Origin: Candidatus Hadarchaeota archaeon
GTDB lineage: Archaea > CAYQAE01 > CAYVLA01
Direction: 5' to 3'
DNA length: 64,000 nt
Assembly (NCBI GenBank): GCA_964452145.1
Contig: CAYVLA010000006.1
Location: 1 to 64,000 of the forward strand
Shown: piece by piece, positions 26,778-37,299 of the stretch
Layout: every line of letters begins with the position of its first letter
Numbering within the stretch: the stretch's first letter is position 1
The notes under the pieces: model-generated
Seen by the model: only the letters and a program-made list of their open reading frames with translations
The model's database searches: none
What the model was told of the DNA's origin: nothing
Translations under genes and position numbers: made by a program

Positions 26778-28157
26778 ATGAACGGACGGCTCGCGGTAGA
26801 ACTGCTCTTCCTGGCGTCCAGCGTGACGACGATCCTACTCATACTAAGGCGTCCGTACCTGTACATACGCCTCGGCAGAAGGGAGGTGAAGGTCAACTCC
26901 TACTTCCTGGGGGCCCTCGTGGGGCCCGTGCTGATCATGATCCTAGGGCTTCTAAACTACGCCCAGATCCTTGCCGGACTGGAAGGGGATGGCCACCTCA
27001 ACCCTTTCGGAATCCTCATACTTTTCCTCTCGATGGTCTTCCTCAGCATCTTCCTAGACATAGCCGGCTTCTTCGAGTTCTGCGCGAGGTGGGCGTTGCG
27101 GTTTGCTGGCAACGACGGCAGACGCCTGTTTCTGGCTTTCTACGCCACCGTATCCTTCCTCACCGTTTTCACCTCCAACGACATAGTGGTGCTCACCTTC
27201 ACGCCCTTCATCTACTACTTCACAAGAGAAGCCGGGATCAACCCGAAACCATATCTGATAGCCGAGTTCTTCGGCGCAAACACTTGGAGCATGATGCTCT
27301 ACATCGGCAACCCCACCAACATCCTCCTGGCCTCGGCCTTCGGGCTGAGATTCGCCCAATACTTGCAATGGATGGCTCTCCCGACCATCGCGGCGGGGAC
27401 GGGCAATCTTCTGATGCTGTACCTCCTCTTTCGCAAGGAGATAAGCAGACCGATCACAACGAGGATGAACGGCAAGCCATCCGACGCCATCACCGATCGA
27501 ACCGGCGCGGCGCTTGGCCTTCTGCTACTGGCCGGCTGCGTCATTGCTCTGGCGATCGCCCCCTCACTGGGACTCGAGATGTGGATCGTCTCGCTGTCCT
27601 TCGCCCTTGCGCTCACCATCATCCTCGTCGCGCGGAGCAGCTACGTCGCCGTCCTGAGGAGAAACCTCAAGGATGCGATTTCGCCTCAGGTCAGGTCCAC
27701 CGTGTGGAGGATGCCCTGGCCAGTGGTCCCCTTCTTGATCTCCCTCTTCATCACGGTGGAAGCCCTCAGGATTTACGGGGTCACATCCGAGGTGGGCCAC
27801 ATCCTTGCAGGGCTTGTTGGCAGTTCAGCAGCCGGCCACGTGTTTGTCTACGGATTCTCCTCGGCCCTTGCGGCCAACGTGCTGAACAACATCCCCATGA
27901 CGGTGGCTTTCGCGGCTATCCTGCGCAGCGCACCCGTCGACCATCTCCTGGGGACCGTCCTGGCCACAACCGTTGGTTCCAATCTCGGCGCAAATATCAC
28001 CCCCATAGGTGCCCTGGCCGGCATCATGTGGATGAGCATACTGCGGAACAAGGGCGTGGACCTGTCGTTCTGGGACTTCGTGCGGTACGGCCTGCTCACA
28101 ACCCCGGTGACCCTGCTCATATGCCTGGGCATACTGGCGATCGAGTTCGCGATCTAG
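26778..28157 (+). CDS. ArsB/NhaD/CitM-family ion transporter
   Basis: About 11-12 TM helices; TSNDIVVLTFTP, IGNPTNI, NVLNNIPM, GSNLGANITPIGALAG. Confidence 0.88.
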   Translation: MNGRLAVELLFLASSVTTILLILRRPYLYIRLGRREVKVNSYFLGALVGPVLIMILGLLNYAQILAGLEGDGHLNPFGILILFLSMVFLSIFLDIAGFFEFCARWALRFAGNDGRRLFLAFYATVSFLTVFTSNDIVVLTFTPFIYYFTREAGINPKPYLIAEFFGANTWSMMLYIGNPTNILLASAFGLRFAQYLQWMALPTIAAGTGNLLMLYLLFRKEISRPITTRMNGKPSDAITDRTGAALGLLLLAGCVIALAIAPSLGLEMWIVSLSFALALTIILVARSSYVAVLRRNLKDAISPQVRSTVWRMPWPVVPFLISLFITVEALRIYGVTSEVGHILAGLVGSSAAGHVFVYGFSSALAANVLNNIPMTVAFAAILRSAPVDHLLGTVLATTVGSNLGANITPIGALAGIMWMSILRNKGVDLSFWDFVRYGLLTTPVTLLICLGILAIEFAI

Positions 28158-28256
28158 CCAGGTTCGTCCCTGCTTTGGAGATCGTCCACCCGCGCAGTGG
28201 TATTCTTAAGGAGGACCCAGTCCTTGGATGATCGTCTGCTTTCTGAGGCGTTATGC

Positions 28257-30662
28257 ATGGCTCGTAGGACGGAGAGGCTCTTTCCCATAGATGTCCCCGG
28301 GAACGGATGGCGCCGATTTCACGCGTCAGGCTTCGCCCGCCCAGTGTGTGGGGTCGTCTATCGCACGGGAGATGTTGTCACCAATGGGATGCCGCTTGGC
28401 GGAGTTGACACCGGCTGCCTGGATCTGGAGACCACCGGCCTTCTGGGCTATTGCACCATCTTCAACACCCATGTGCCACGTCGGGGGCCGATCAACCTTC
28501 CCCTGCTGGGTCTGAGCGTCTCGGGACGCACCTGGGTTCTCTGCGTTCCTCGCCCCAAAGACGGGGAAGGTGGTTGGCAGCCCTCGGCCAAGGGCCGCCC
28601 CTATCAGATAAGTCGTGATGGCGTCGAGGTCAAGCAGAACCAGCTCATCACTCCGGTTCCCACCCAACTCGACCTTCGCGGAGTTGGCACGGCCAGGGAG
28701 ATCCACTATTGGGGCCACTACCCGGTTGCTGATCTGGAGTTTCAGACCGATGCTCCAATCCAGATTGGACTGAGGGCATGGTCGCCTTTTCTGCCGGGCG
28801 ACGAGACGTCTTCCATGCTTCCGGCAATCGCCTTGGATGTGCACCTCAGGAACCGAAGCCGATCGCCCAAAGCCGGCACGATTGCGGCCTCCTTCCCAGG
28901 CCCGACCAAGGAGGAAGCGGGATGCGACGTCCTCGCCCGAAAGAAGGTGAGGGGCAATCTCCAGGGAGTGGAGGTGATCGGATCGAGGACATCGTATCTG
29001 CTTGCAGCTGCGGGAGCCAGGAGGACTCGCACTGGAAGCGAGCTGGGTGGAAGCGGCGAGCTTTGGTCGGCGATGGCAGGCAGACTGCCCGAGCCAGGCC
29101 CAGGAGACTCCGGGTCCTCGATCGCGGCTGATTTCCGGCTGCGAGCAAACCAGTCCTCCACAGTCCACTTCATCATAGCCTGGCATGCACCGGAGTGGAA
29201 CGCAGGGGGCTACAACTGGGCTGGTGCCGAGCACGATTTCGCCCACATGTACGCATCCTGCTACCCCAGCGCCCGACGGGCCGCCCAACAGCTGTGGAGG
29301 AAACATGACCGCCTGCTGGAACGGGTTCTCGCCTGGCAGCAGGTGATCTACGATGAAGAAGACATTCCCGTGTGGCTGCGGGACTCACTGGTCAACGTGC
29401 TGCACCTCATCACGGAGGACGGCCTATGGGCTCAAGCCAAGCCCCCAGTGCCTGATTGGGCAAGGACGGGTGACGGCCTCTTCGGAATGATAGAATGCCC
29501 CCGAGGTTGCCCCCAGATTGAATGCATCCCTTGTTCGTTCTACGGCAACCAGCCCCTTGTCTACTTCTTCCCGAGGCTGGCGATATCCACGCTGCGGGGC
29601 TACAAGGGCTACCAGTACCCGGACGGAGCGCCGCCCTGGATATTTGGAGGTTGCACCGGCCGAACGCCCCCGATAGACTTCTCCAACCCAACGAAGGGAT
29701 ACCAGTTCGCGACCAACGGCATCTCCCTTGCAGCAATGGTGGATCGATACCGCCTCTGCCACCGGGATGAGGAGTTCGACATGGAGTTCTACCCCGTCTT
29801 GAAAAGGAGCGTTATCTGGACGCTTGGCCTTCGCACGACCCCCTCTTACTCCGCGGGGGACAGGATCATCGCCATGCCCGACCCGGACTCCGATGAGTCG
29901 GCCAAGCCTCCAACAGAATGGTTCGAGGCTCGGGAACCGGGATGGTTCGGTATGACCGCACACGTAGGCCTCCTCCACCTCGCAGAACTGCTCATCGCGG
30001 AACGCATGGCCAAGGCCTCGGGTGATCTCGCCTTCGCACGGGAATGCGGGGAATGGATCAAGGCGGCTAGGGTGAGCATGGAGAAGCTTTGGACCGGATC
30101 CTACTACATGAACTTCTTGGAGCCTGATACGGGCAAACGGTCGGACCTGGTCTTCGGCTACCAGCTGGATGGGGAGTGGATCGCGAGACATCACGGGCTT
30201 CCGAGCACGATGCCCCTCGACCGCATAGAAACAACCCTTGCGACGATCAGGCGGTGCAATATCGCCCTCAGCAATCACGGGGCTGTGAATTACGCAAACC
30301 CCGACGGCACCCCGGCCAAAGTTGCAGGTTACGGGACGTTCAGCTACTTCCCGCCGGAGGCCCTGATGCTGGCGATGACCTACATCTACCACGGACAGCG
30401 CGACCTAGGAGTCGATCTGGCTCACAAAGTCTGGCACAACATAGTCTGCACGCACGGGTACACATGGGACATGCCGAACATCATGCGCGGCGATGTGGAT
30501 ACCGGTGAGAGAACCTTCGGAAACGACTACTACCAGGACATGATGCTCTGGTCGCTCCCGGCGGCGCTGAAGGGCCAGGATTTCGGCGGACCCGCCAACC
30601 CTGGGGGCCTGGTGGCCCGAATTCTGCGCGCCGCGAGTCACGGAAGAACTCGGTGCCGATGA
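28257..30662 (+). CDS. GH116 family glycoside hydrolase
   Basis: GMPLGGVDTG, YWGHYPVA, AWSPFLPGD, YQLDGEW, C-terminal YYQDMMLWSL. Confidence 0.85.
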   Translation: MARRTERLFPIDVPGNGWRRFHASGFARPVCGVVYRTGDVVTNGMPLGGVDTGCLDLETTGLLGYCTIFNTHVPRRGPINLPLLGLSVSGRTWVLCVPRPKDGEGGWQPSAKGRPYQISRDGVEVKQNQLITPVPTQLDLRGVGTAREIHYWGHYPVADLEFQTDAPIQIGLRAWSPFLPGDETSSMLPAIALDVHLRNRSRSPKAGTIAASFPGPTKEEAGCDVLARKKVRGNLQGVEVIGSRTSYLLAAAGARRTRTGSELGGSGELWSAMAGRLPEPGPGDSGSSIAADFRLRANQSSTVHFIIAWHAPEWNAGGYNWAGAEHDFAHMYASCYPSARRAAQQLWRKHDRLLERVLAWQQVIYDEEDIPVWLRDSLVNVLHLITEDGLWAQAKPPVPDWARTGDGLFGMIECPRGCPQIECIPCSFYGNQPLVYFFPRLAISTLRGYKGYQYPDGAPPWIFGGCTGRTPPIDFSNPTKGYQFATNGISLAAMVDRYRLCHRDEEFDMEFYPVLKRSVIWTLGLRTTPSYSAGDRIIAMPDPDSDESAKPPTEWFEAREPGWFGMTAHVGLLHLAELLIAERMAKASGDLAFARECGEWIKAARVSMEKLWTGSYYMNFLEPDTGKRSDLVFGYQLDGEWIARHHGLPSTMPLDRIETTLATIRRCNIALSNHGAVNYANPDGTPAKVAGYGTFSYFPPEALMLAMTYIYHGQRDLGVDLAHKVWHNIVCTHGYTWDMPNIMRGDVDTGERTFGNDYYQDMMLWSLPAALKGQDFGGPANPGGLVARILRAASHGRTRCR

Positions 30663-30741
30663 AGACTGCAGACCGTTTCCGTACAGACGGAACCGCCAAA
30701 GCACTTTATATGATGCTGTTCGGGCAGGAAGCGGATCGGAG

Positions 30742-32727
30742 ATGGCCAATCCAAACCTGCGTTTCCGCCAGATACATCTGGACTTCCACACCAGCCAGCA
30801 CATAGCCGGGGTCGGCGGCAAGTTCGATGGCGAGGAGTTCGCCTCGACCCTCGAGAAAGCCAGAGTGAACTCCGTTACCTGCTTTGCTCGCTGCCACCAC
30901 GGGTACATCTATTTCTACACCAAGGAATTCCCAGAAAGGCGCCACCCCCGCCTCGCCTGCGACCTTCTGAGGGAACAGATCCAGGCCTGCCACGATCACG
31001 GAATCCGGGTGCCGATCTACACCACCATCCAATGGGACCACTTCACAGCCGAGCAGCACCCTGAATGGCTCATCATCACCCCGGATGGCAGGCAGGAGGG
31101 CACCCCTCCGTACGAGCCAGGCTTCTATAGGAGGCTTTGCCTCAACACTCCGTATGTCGAGTTCGTCAAGTCACATGTCAAGGAGATCCTGAGAGAACTG
31201 CCCACGGACGGGTTCTTCTTCGACATAGTTCAGCCCCAAGATTGCTCGTGTCACCGCTGTCGAGAGGGCATGGTCGCAGAGGGCCTGGAGCCATCCGATC
31301 CATCGGCGAGGCGGCTCTATGGCCTCGGAGTCGTCAACGGGTTCAAGCGCGATCTGACAAGTCTCGTCATGCGGCACGATCCGGATTGCACGATCTTCTA
31401 CAACCGGGGACACGTCGGTCCACTGGAAAGGCAGACCCTGGATGCCTACACCCATTTCGAGTTGGAGTCCCTGCCGAGCGGCGGCTGGGGCTACATCCAC
31501 TTCCCGGCCACGATCCGGTACGCCAGAAAGCTGGGCATCGACTGCCTAGGGATGACGGGGAAGTTCCACACCGCGTGGGGGGACTTCCACTCCTTCAAGA
31601 ATAAGGCCGCGCTGGAGTTCGAATGCAGCCAGATGCTTGCCCTGAATGCGAAGTGCTCCATTGGCGACCAACTCCATCCCGAGGGCAGGATCTGCCAGGC
31701 GACCTACCAGCTCATACGCTCTGTGTACTCGGAGATCGAGAGGAAGGAGCCCTGGTGCGACGGCGCAAGGCCCCTGAGCGAGATCGGCGTACTGCACCCC
31801 GAGGAGTTCAGCGAGACTCGAGGGTCACCTGAGGCGGCCATGGGGGCCACCCGCATGCTGCAGGAGGGATTCCACCAGTTTGACCTCCTAGATTCGCGCA
31901 GCGATCTAGCAGGATACCGTCTTCTGGTTCTCCCAGATGAAATCCCGACATCCCCCGAGCTTGCTTCCAAGATCGAGGCTTACCTAGCCGGTGGCGGCGG
32001 GCTCATAGCATCCTACCGCTCGGGCCTGACTCTTGGAGGGACCGAGTTCTCCCTCAAATCGTTGGGAGTCGAACTCCTCGGACAGGCACCCTACAGCCCG
32101 GATTTCCTTCTGCCCGAAGGCGAGATAGCTGACGGACTGCCAACCACCGAGCACGTTATGTACCTGCGGGGTATGGAAACCGAACCGATGCAGGGCGCCC
32201 AGGTCCTAGCATATGTGATCGTGCCCTACTTCAACAGGACCTACAAGCACTTCTGTTCCCACCGCCATACACCTTCCTCAGGTGCACAGGGCTACCCTGG
32301 GATAGTGCGGAGCGGCCGAACCATTTACTTCGCCCATCCCATCTTCACCCAGTATAGGAGGAATGCCCCCTCTTGGTGCAAGAGGCTGTTCCTCAACGCC
32401 GTTGACCTTCTCATGCCAGATCCGCTGGTGCGCCTCAACGCACCGTCCACGACGCTAGCCGCCCTCAACGACCAGCGGGGTGCCAAGCGATTGATCCTTC
32501 ATCTCCTCCACTACATCCCGGAGAGACGCGGCCAGGATCTGGACGTCATCGAAGACGTGATCCCCCTATACAATGTCAAGGCCTCGGTCAAGCTGGCCCG
32601 AAGGGTGGAGGAGGTCCTCTGTGTTCCCCAGATGGAGCGAGTGCCCTTCACCGAGCGCGATGGCAGAGTTGACTTCGTGGTGCCCAAGGTGAACGGGCAC
32701 CAGATGATCTCCATGAACCTGCGATGA
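30742..32727 (+). CDS. GH151-like alpha-L-fucosidase (GHL6 domain plus trimerisation domain)
   Basis: RQIHLDFHTS, FARCHHG, DGFFFDI, ELESLPSGGWGY, GMTGKFHTAWGDF. Confidence 0.85.
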   Translation: MANPNLRFRQIHLDFHTSQHIAGVGGKFDGEEFASTLEKARVNSVTCFARCHHGYIYFYTKEFPERRHPRLACDLLREQIQACHDHGIRVPIYTTIQWDHFTAEQHPEWLIITPDGRQEGTPPYEPGFYRRLCLNTPYVEFVKSHVKEILRELPTDGFFFDIVQPQDCSCHRCREGMVAEGLEPSDPSARRLYGLGVVNGFKRDLTSLVMRHDPDCTIFYNRGHVGPLERQTLDAYTHFELESLPSGGWGYIHFPATIRYARKLGIDCLGMTGKFHTAWGDFHSFKNKAALEFECSQMLALNAKCSIGDQLHPEGRICQATYQLIRSVYSEIERKEPWCDGARPLSEIGVLHPEEFSETRGSPEAAMGATRMLQEGFHQFDLLDSRSDLAGYRLLVLPDEIPTSPELASKIEAYLAGGGGLIASYRSGLTLGGTEFSLKSLGVELLGQAPYSPDFLLPEGEIADGLPTTEHVMYLRGMETEPMQGAQVLAYVIVPYFNRTYKHFCSHRHTPSSGAQGYPGIVRSGRTIYFAHPIFTQYRRNAPSWCKRLFLNAVDLLMPDPLVRLNAPSTTLAALNDQRGAKRLILHLLHYIPERRGQDLDVIEDVIPLYNVKASVKLARRVEEVLCVPQMERVPFTERDGRVDFVVPKVNGHQMISMNLR

Positions 32728-35330
32728 CACGGAGGGTCGAGATGAACGAATACGGCAAAGAAGATGACCTTGTTCGCGAGGGGTCGGCGGCATTCACGAG
32801 TGGTGTGATGGGAGTCCTAATCATCCTGGCCCGCGATGCTTCGGAGGTCGAAAGGAAAGCAGCTGAGATTCTGCAGATGCGCATCTCCAAGAGGGGCCCC
32901 GCCAAGGCTTTGATTCTAACAGAGCCATCACCGGAATCGCAACATGCCGATGAGTGCCACGATCTTGTCATATTCATGGGATGCGCGCAGAGCCAGAGCA
33001 CATTCGTTCACAGGGCACGAAGGGACGGGGTGGAGCCGCCTAAGCTGCCCGACTCGGACACGATCCATCCAGAAAGCTTCGCGATCAAGACCGAGTCCGG
33101 GCCAAAGCCTCAAGTCCTCATCATCTCATCCAATGGCCGGGGAGCAATCTTCGCGGTCGGGGCGCTGCTCAGGGCCGTGGCCTTCACTCCCCGAGGAATA
33201 AGCGTTCCACACATGGATCTCAGGGACAAGCCAAGCTTATGGCTCAGAGGAACGGAGGCGTCCGCCGGGGGCCCTCGGAGCGGCGCCAAGGAGACGGCCA
33301 AGCTTCGGCCCCAGACCCGGGATGAACTCCGAGAGACGATCGAGGATCTCATGCTTCTGGGAGGCAACGTTTTCCAGGGGGAGGAGGAACTCGTGCGAGC
33401 CTGCGGCATGATGACATACGGGGGCTGCGTGGCCAACGCTCTGCAGGCACCCTTCCCCCAGGAGTGGGCCGCTACCCCATCGGACAGCCTTCACGTGAAG
33501 GTGAGCGCATACTTCAGGAAGAGCTTCGTCTGTCCCTCGATCCCGGAGGCACGCAAGGCCCTCCTTGACCGATACGAGACCATCTTCGCACACTCGCCGC
33601 CCTACGATTTCTTCGTCACGAACTCGGGCGATGTCGGAGGGTGCACATGTAGCGGGTGCATGCCTTGGGGCAGGACCTACATAAAGCTCGTTCACGAGAT
33701 GGCAGGAATCCTCCACAAGCACAGGCCCGAGTGCAGGCTTATGGCCACCAACCAGAACCTCACGAACGAGGGCAACCAGGCCATCCTCGACTACCTCAAC
33801 GAGAAGCAAGACTCCCGCTGGCTGTTCGCCATCCGCTACGGCCCAGGCGGAAACGAGATGGACACCTACAACCGGGGCCCTGTCAATCCGAAGTGGTTCG
33901 AGTACGAAGGCTTCGGGCCTGTGGGCCACTACCTTGAGTACATCCATCACCAACTGCCCGGAACGACGGAGATAGCCCTCTTCAGCGACGTGACCCACTG
34001 GATACTGTCACAGTACGGCGTCCAGAGGCCCGATCCCGCCTTCGCAGCGATCTACGGGAGGCGGTCCTGGAACGCCAGGCCACGCCACTACCACAGGATC
34101 GCGACGGAGACCTTTCACTACGCACTGGGGGACATGTTCTACAGCGAGGGCATGCACGACGACTTCAACAAGTGGCTCTGGCTCCGCCTCCTCTGGAATC
34201 CCCGCCTCTCATGCGAGGAGGTGACCGGGGAGTACTGTCGCTACTGGTTCGGGCGCGACGCCGAGGACGAGATGGTTCAGGCCATCTTTACGATGGAGGA
34301 GAATCTCGAAAAGCCGGTTCTGGGCAATCCCGGAATCGCCAGGGCGGTCGAGATCCTCCGATCCGCCAAGAGCCGCATACCTCCGAACCTCTTGAAGGTG
34401 GACTATCGGTGGAACATAGCCATGCAGAAAGCCCTCCTAGACCGTTACATCCAGCTGTGGCTCGAAAGGGGAGATAAGATCAAGCGGGACGCCTCCGCGG
34501 TCCTTGCCCGGGTCGCAACCTCTGCTCGGCCGAGGCGGGAGATCATGCATGCCCTCAGAATCCTTCGCCAGCCACAAGAAGATCTGGGGATGCGGGCCAT
34601 CAGGGAGAAGGTGAGAGCCCTAGGCGAGCGATCCAACGAGACCATAGGGTACAGGGAGCCGGGCTACTTCGTCGCAAACGAGTACGACATCACCGAGATC
34701 GGCTGGTGGATCAAGACCCTACAGGAAGCTACTACAGAAACCGACGAGGCGATGAGGAACGCGGCCAGGATGGTTCTTGCCTACGAGGACCCGGGCCAGG
34801 GGGGCAGGTACGAAAGGCTGGGTTGGCCTTGGGGCTCAGGCCATCTTCTGGAGGAAAACGACATCATCGGCTTCTTCCCCTTCACGGGGCCCGCCCGCCT
34901 TGCGAGCTTCGGGATGGCCTATTCTTGGGGAAGACCGGATGCCCACCTCACCTTCGTCTACGGGGGCTTGGATCCCGAGGTCCAGTACTGCCTGCGCCTC
35001 TCCGTCGGCTTCCACTGCGACGAACTGAAGCAGATCCTTGGGCAGGGCTTGCTTCAGACCCTTGAGGTCAACGGGGTAGTGATAGGCAGGGAAGTGCCCC
35101 TGCCTTTGGGCGGCGCGAGGCTCTGCGAGTTCACCCTTCCGGCCGGCCTAGCTAGGGATGGTAGGCTGACCGTCGTTCTGCGCAGCGAAAGCAGTCATTT
35201 CCACATGGTGGGCGCGTCCGAGATCTGGTTGATGCACAAGGACAGGATGCCTTGGACCACGAACTGGTCCCGACAGGTCGCTCTCACCCGGCGGAGCTCC
35301 AAGCATGCCCAAAGGAGAGAAGATCCGTGA
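32724..35330 (+). CDS. Large hypothetical protein, probably carbohydrate-active (GH20/GH67-like N-terminal domain)
   Basis: PESFAI..GRGAIFAVGALLR..DKPSLWLRG N-terminal pattern; ATGA overlap with the upstream GH gene. Confidence 0.5.
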   Translation: MTRRVEMNEYGKEDDLVREGSAAFTSGVMGVLIILARDASEVERKAAEILQMRISKRGPAKALILTEPSPESQHADECHDLVIFMGCAQSQSTFVHRARRDGVEPPKLPDSDTIHPESFAIKTESGPKPQVLIISSNGRGAIFAVGALLRAVAFTPRGISVPHMDLRDKPSLWLRGTEASAGGPRSGAKETAKLRPQTRDELRETIEDLMLLGGNVFQGEEELVRACGMMTYGGCVANALQAPFPQEWAATPSDSLHVKVSAYFRKSFVCPSIPEARKALLDRYETIFAHSPPYDFFVTNSGDVGGCTCSGCMPWGRTYIKLVHEMAGILHKHRPECRLMATNQNLTNEGNQAILDYLNEKQDSRWLFAIRYGPGGNEMDTYNRGPVNPKWFEYEGFGPVGHYLEYIHHQLPGTTEIALFSDVTHWILSQYGVQRPDPAFAAIYGRRSWNARPRHYHRIATETFHYALGDMFYSEGMHDDFNKWLWLRLLWNPRLSCEEVTGEYCRYWFGRDAEDEMVQAIFTMEENLEKPVLGNPGIARAVEILRSAKSRIPPNLLKVDYRWNIAMQKALLDRYIQLWLERGDKIKRDASAVLARVATSARPRREIMHALRILRQPQEDLGMRAIREKVRALGERSNETIGYREPGYFVANEYDITEIGWWIKTLQEATTETDEAMRNAARMVLAYEDPGQGGRYERLGWPWGSGHLLEENDIIGFFPFTGPARLASFGMAYSWGRPDAHLTFVYGGLDPEVQYCLRLSVGFHCDELKQILGQGLLQTLEVNGVVIGREVPLPLGGARLCEFTLPAGLARDGRLTVVLRSESSHFHMVGASEIWLMHKDRMPWTTNWSRQVALTRRSSKHAQRREDP

Positions 35331-35850
35331 CCCGGAAGCGAACTGGCGCCAGCTCGAAAGATTCTTACACGCAGTCATTCGAGGGTGTACAGGAGTTGGT
35401 TGCAGGTTGAGCTCCCAAGAAGAAAGCGAGGCCGAGGCAAGGCCGCCTTCGCGGAGAGGAGACAGCGAGACGACAACCGGCCTGGACGCGTGCATCATCA
35501 GGCTAGGCAGGGGAGAGAGGGTGAGCGCCGAGCTGGCTGGCACGCTGGATGAGGTCGACGTACGCTCGATCCACATCTACAAGCTTTCCCCGGACAACCC
35601 TGCGGGCCTTCATTACCACGACTTCGACGAGTACTGGCTATTCATCGAGGGGACCACCACGGTCACTCTGCGATCAGAGGACGGAACGACCAGGCACTAC
35701 CAGGCGGGGGCCGGCGACCTGATCGCCACGCCCAGAGGGGTGGAACACGGCCATGCGCCGCGAACCCTCACAAGATACATACAGTTTTCCAGCAAGATCA
35801 AGCCAGGCTCCCGTCAGGGCCACCTGCAGCGCGGGAAAGCTAGTGCCTGA
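35305..35850 (+). CDS. Cupin domain protein (true start probably near 35480)
   Basis: HYHDFDEYWLFIEG and GDLIATPRGVEH cupin motifs. Confidence 0.8.
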   Translation: MPKGEKIRDPEANWRQLERFLHAVIRGCTGVGCRLSSQEESEAEARPPSRRGDSETTTGLDACIIRLGRGERVSAELAGTLDEVDVRSIHIYKLSPDNPAGLHYHDFDEYWLFIEGTTTVTLRSEDGTTRHYQAGAGDLIATPRGVEHGHAPRTLTRYIQFSSKIKPGSRQGHLQRGKASA

Positions 35851-35895
35851 GGTGCAGGTCTCGGCCCAACACAGCGAGGATCAGGATCTGGTCGT

Positions 35896-37242
35896 ATGGC
35901 AATCGAAATGCCCAACGTCCTCTTCGTCTTCGGTGATCAGTGGAGGGCCCAGGCAACGGGTTATGCAGGCGATCCCAACGTCAAGACGCCTAATCTCGAC
36001 CTGCTTGCAGGCGAAAGCATCAGCTTCACCAACGCCGTCATGGGCTGCCCAGTCTGCAGCCCAGCCAGGGCCTCCATGATCACGGGTAGGTACCCGCTTA
36101 CCCATGGGGTTTTCATGAACGACCTTCACCTTCGCCACGAGGCGGTGTCAATTGCCGATGCCTTCAACGCTGCCGGTTACGACACAGCCTACATTGGCAA
36201 ATGGCACCTCGACGGACACGGCCGCTCCACGTTCATCCCACCCGAGAGACGCCAGGGATTCAGCTTCTGGAGGGCAATGGAATGCACCCACAACTACAAC
36301 GAGTCGTACTACTATGCGGATGGACCCACCAAGCTGAAGTGGAATGGCTATGACGTCATGGCACAGACCCAGGAGGCACGGCGGTATCTGGAGGAACACG
36401 GATCCGACAGGCCGTTTCTGCTCTTCCTGTCATGGGGACCGCCCCACAATCCGTACCACACGGCCCCCGAGGAGTATCGAGCGATGTATCAAGCGGATTC
36501 GCTAGAGCTGAGGCCAAACGTTCCCGAGGAATCCCAGACAACCGCGAGGCGGGATCTGGCAGGTTACTATGCCCACATCTCCGCGATGGATCACTGCATC
36601 GGCGTGCTGACGGAGTCCCTGAAGGCGAACGATCTGGACATGGACACCATACTTGTCTTCACCTCCGACCACGGGGATATGCATGGGTCGCAGGGGTGCT
36701 GGAGGAAGCAGCACCCGTACGACGAGTCCATTCTGGTTCCGTTTCTGCTCCGCTACCCGGCGGAGTTCGGCAGAAAGGGACGGAGGGTGAACACCCCCAT
36801 CAATGCACCGGACATGATGCCAACCCTGCTTGGCCTCTGCGGAGTGGACATCCCCGCAACGGTGGAAGGATCGGATTACTCACCCCTCTTGAGGGGCGAG
36901 AAGGACCCGGGAAGCACTGCGGCGCTGATCGCGGCCTATGCTCCCTTCGGGGAATGGTTGAAGAGGGGCGGTGCGGCCGAGTACAGGGGAATCAGAACTG
37001 AGCGCTACACGTATGTCCGGACCCTGAGGAGCCCCTGGCTTCTGTACGACAATGAGAAGGATCCCTATCAGATGATGAACCTCTGCGGGGATCCTGCCTA
37101 CGCGAAGGCTCGCGATCAGCTGGAGAGGGCTCTGGGAGAAGCACTCGGGAAGACCCGGGATGCGTTTCTCCCTTCCGAGACCTTGATCAGAAGATACGGA
37201 ATCGTGGTCGACAAGTCGGGCACCGTGCCATACACCCAGTAG
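35896..37242 (+). CDS. Cys-type sulfatase
   Basis: PNVLFVFGDQ, CSPAR (CxPxR), GKWH, PPH, TSDHG. Confidence 0.95.
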   Translation: MAIEMPNVLFVFGDQWRAQATGYAGDPNVKTPNLDLLAGESISFTNAVMGCPVCSPARASMITGRYPLTHGVFMNDLHLRHEAVSIADAFNAAGYDTAYIGKWHLDGHGRSTFIPPERRQGFSFWRAMECTHNYNESYYYADGPTKLKWNGYDVMAQTQEARRYLEEHGSDRPFLLFLSWGPPHNPYHTAPEEYRAMYQADSLELRPNVPEESQTTARRDLAGYYAHISAMDHCIGVLTESLKANDLDMDTILVFTSDHGDMHGSQGCWRKQHPYDESILVPFLLRYPAEFGRKGRRVNTPINAPDMMPTLLGLCGVDIPATVEGSDYSPLLRGEKDPGSTAALIAAYAPFGEWLKRGGAAEYRGIRTERYTYVRTLRSPWLLYDNEKDPYQMMNLCGDPAYAKARDQLERALGEALGKTRDAFLPSETLIRRYGIVVDKSGTVPYTQ

Positions 37243-37299
37243 GTAGAACCATGAGACGGCCAGGCCAAGATTTATCTTCAAAGAGAACCGCTGCCCGCC

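Noticed and set aside
26675..28231. 518-aa alternative-frame ORF and the many other overlapping ORFs in the track (e.g. 10021-10995, 11449-12504, 28326-29306, 29424-30392)
   Set aside because: They are shadow frames of well-supported genes in GC-rich DNA, with no recognisable motifs.
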